Of a DNA stretch of 64,000 nt, positions 63,075 to 64,000 are shown piece after piece (position 1 is the first letter of the stretch; every line of letters starts with the position of its first letter). The DNA comes from Candidatus Omnitrophota bacterium (GTDB lineage Bacteria; Omnitrophota; Gorgyraeia; Duberdicusellales; 4484-171), in assembly GCA_043820815.1 (NCBI GenBank), contig JBDRDJ010000012.1, positions 41,952 through 105,951 on the forward strand, given 5' to 3'. The notes under the pieces are model-generated. The model worked only from the letters and a program-made list of their open reading frames with translations. It searched no databases and was not told where the DNA came from. The position numbers and the translations under genes are program-made.

Positions 63075-64000
63075 ATGATTATTAGCCGTACGCCGTTTCG
63101 TATATCATTTTTTGGAGGAGGAACCGATTACCCGATTTGGTACCGCAAACACGGCGGCGCAGTTTTAGCTACGACAATAAACAAATATTGTTATATCAGC
63201 TGCAGGTATTTACCTCCCTTTTTTCCCCATAAATACCGTATTATTTATTCTCAGATAGAGCTTGTCAAGAATATTTCTGAGATTAATCATCCTTCCGTCC
63301 GAGAGGGTTTGAAGTTTATGAAGATAAAAAGAGGATTGGAAGTTCATCATGACGCCGATCTTCCTGCCCGTACGGGGTTAGGGTCAAGTTCTTCTTTCAC
63401 GGTGGGCTTATTGCATACATTAAACGCGATTAAAGGGAGTATATCGACAAAGCGGCAGCTGGCGCTTGATGCCATATATCTTGAACAGGAGATGATGAAG
63501 GAGAATGTTGGATCTCAGGATCAGGTATCGGCTTCCTTTGGGGGGATGAACTATATAAAATTTAACAGTCATCAGGATATTGAAGTCCATCCGATTACTA
63601 TAACAGCTAAGAGAATGAGTTTGTTTCACAGCCATTTAATGCTTTTTTTTACCGGTTTCTCAAGGATAGCTTCTGATATAGCCGCGGAGCAGATAAAAAC
63701 AATTCATTCAAAAACTAAAGAGCTTCGCCAGATACATGATATGGTTGACGCGTCTTTGCAAATTTTAACCGGTAAATCTGATTTTATCAAATTCGGGAAA
63801 TTACTGCATGAGCATTGGAAGATTAAGCGCGGTTTATCGAAGAAGATATCAACGCCTCTCATAGATGAGATGTATACAACGGCTTTAAGGGCAGGAGCAA
63901 TAGGAGGGAAAATACTAGGTGCCGGGGGAGGAGGGTTTTTATTGATTTTTGCTAAGCCCCAGGATCAAGCTCGCATTAAAGAGAAGTTAAAGAAACTCTT
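63075..64000 (+). CDS. GHMP-family sugar kinase (HddA-like D-glycero-D-manno-heptose 7-phosphate kinase type), 3' end outside window
   Basis: This ORF is not in the supplied track because no stop is reached. It reads MIISRTPFRISFFGGGTDYP and LPARTGLGSSSSF (GHMP motif), then GGKILGAGGGGF. GGAG SD at 63063-63066. Confidence 0.75.
   Translation, partial: MIISRTPFRISFFGGGTDYPIWYRKHGGAVLATTINKYCYISCRYLPPFFPHKYRIIYSQIELVKNISEINHPSVREGLKFMKIKRGLEVHHDADLPARTGLGSSSSFTVGLLHTLNAIKGSISTKRQLALDAIYLEQEMMKENVGSQDQVSASFGGMNYIKFNSHQDIEVHPITITAKRMSLFHSHLMLFFTGFSRIASDIAAEQIKTIHSKTKELRQIHDMVDASLQILTGKSDFIKFGKLLHEHWKIKRGLSKKISTPLIDEMYTTALRAGAIGGKILGAGGGGFLLIFAKPQDQARIKEKLKKL

Noticed and set aside
53346-64000. 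tRNA-adjacent genomic island interpretation of the glycosylation locus
   Set aside because: No integrase gene sits next to the tRNA, and I found no direct repeat of the tRNA 3' end within the window. The locus runs off the window end, so an island cannot be supported from this sequence.

Overview
This 64-kb window looks like a contiguous chromosomal segment from a low-GC (about 40% by eye, not computed), diderm and probably anaerobic bacterium. I cannot assign taxonomy from the sequence alone. The evidence for a diderm anaerobe is a full outer-membrane/LPS toolkit, six radical-SAM enzymes and a membrane pyrophosphatase. About 90% of genes are on the + strand and tightly packed, often with ATGA/TAATG start-stop overlaps. 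Recognisable core blocks, in order: glmU-prs-rplY-pth; rpsF-ssb-rpsR-rplI-dnaB; bamA-skp-lpxD-lpxC/fabZ-lpxA-lpxI; hldA-kdsB-kdsA-kdsD-kdsC-lptC/A-lptB; tig-clpP; purA-hppA; nth; queH; dtd-lgt-nadE-eno-ftsB; one initiator tRNA-Met. Accessory or less usual segments: (i) an ATP-grasp/GNAT/ATP-grasp trio followed by a treT-like operon (1-3860); (ii) a minus-strand GT2 / SPL-like radical-SAM / dgkA operon, a decayed Y1-transposase remnant, an MNT/HEPN toxin-antitoxin pair, a secreted acidic 18-residue-repeat protein, SPFH and SRPBCC genes, and a head-to-head radical-SAM trio (21.2-30.6 kb); (iii) directly downstream of the tRNA, a glycosylation locus (53.5 kb to the window end). The most interesting candidate is in that locus. 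It is an 865-aa STT3/AglB/PglB-type oligosaccharyltransferase carrying DPY, WYDYD, TIGE and WWDYG motifs. It sits beside a polyprenyl-phosphate-sugar-synthase-like GT2, a second GT2, a B12-radical-SAM enzyme, an orphan TPP-dependent E1 alpha/beta pair, an SDR epimerase/dehydratase and a GHMP sugar kinase. The second candidate is a three-copy palindromic leader (GACTTATG-N15/20-CATAAGTC, then CTCATTG-RAGGAG) placed just upstream of three proteostasis-type genes. Many intergenic gaps also hold hairpins built from a short word repeated forward and then as its reverse complement. All functional calls come from reading the translations and recalling motifs. No database search was run, and start codons are best guesses.
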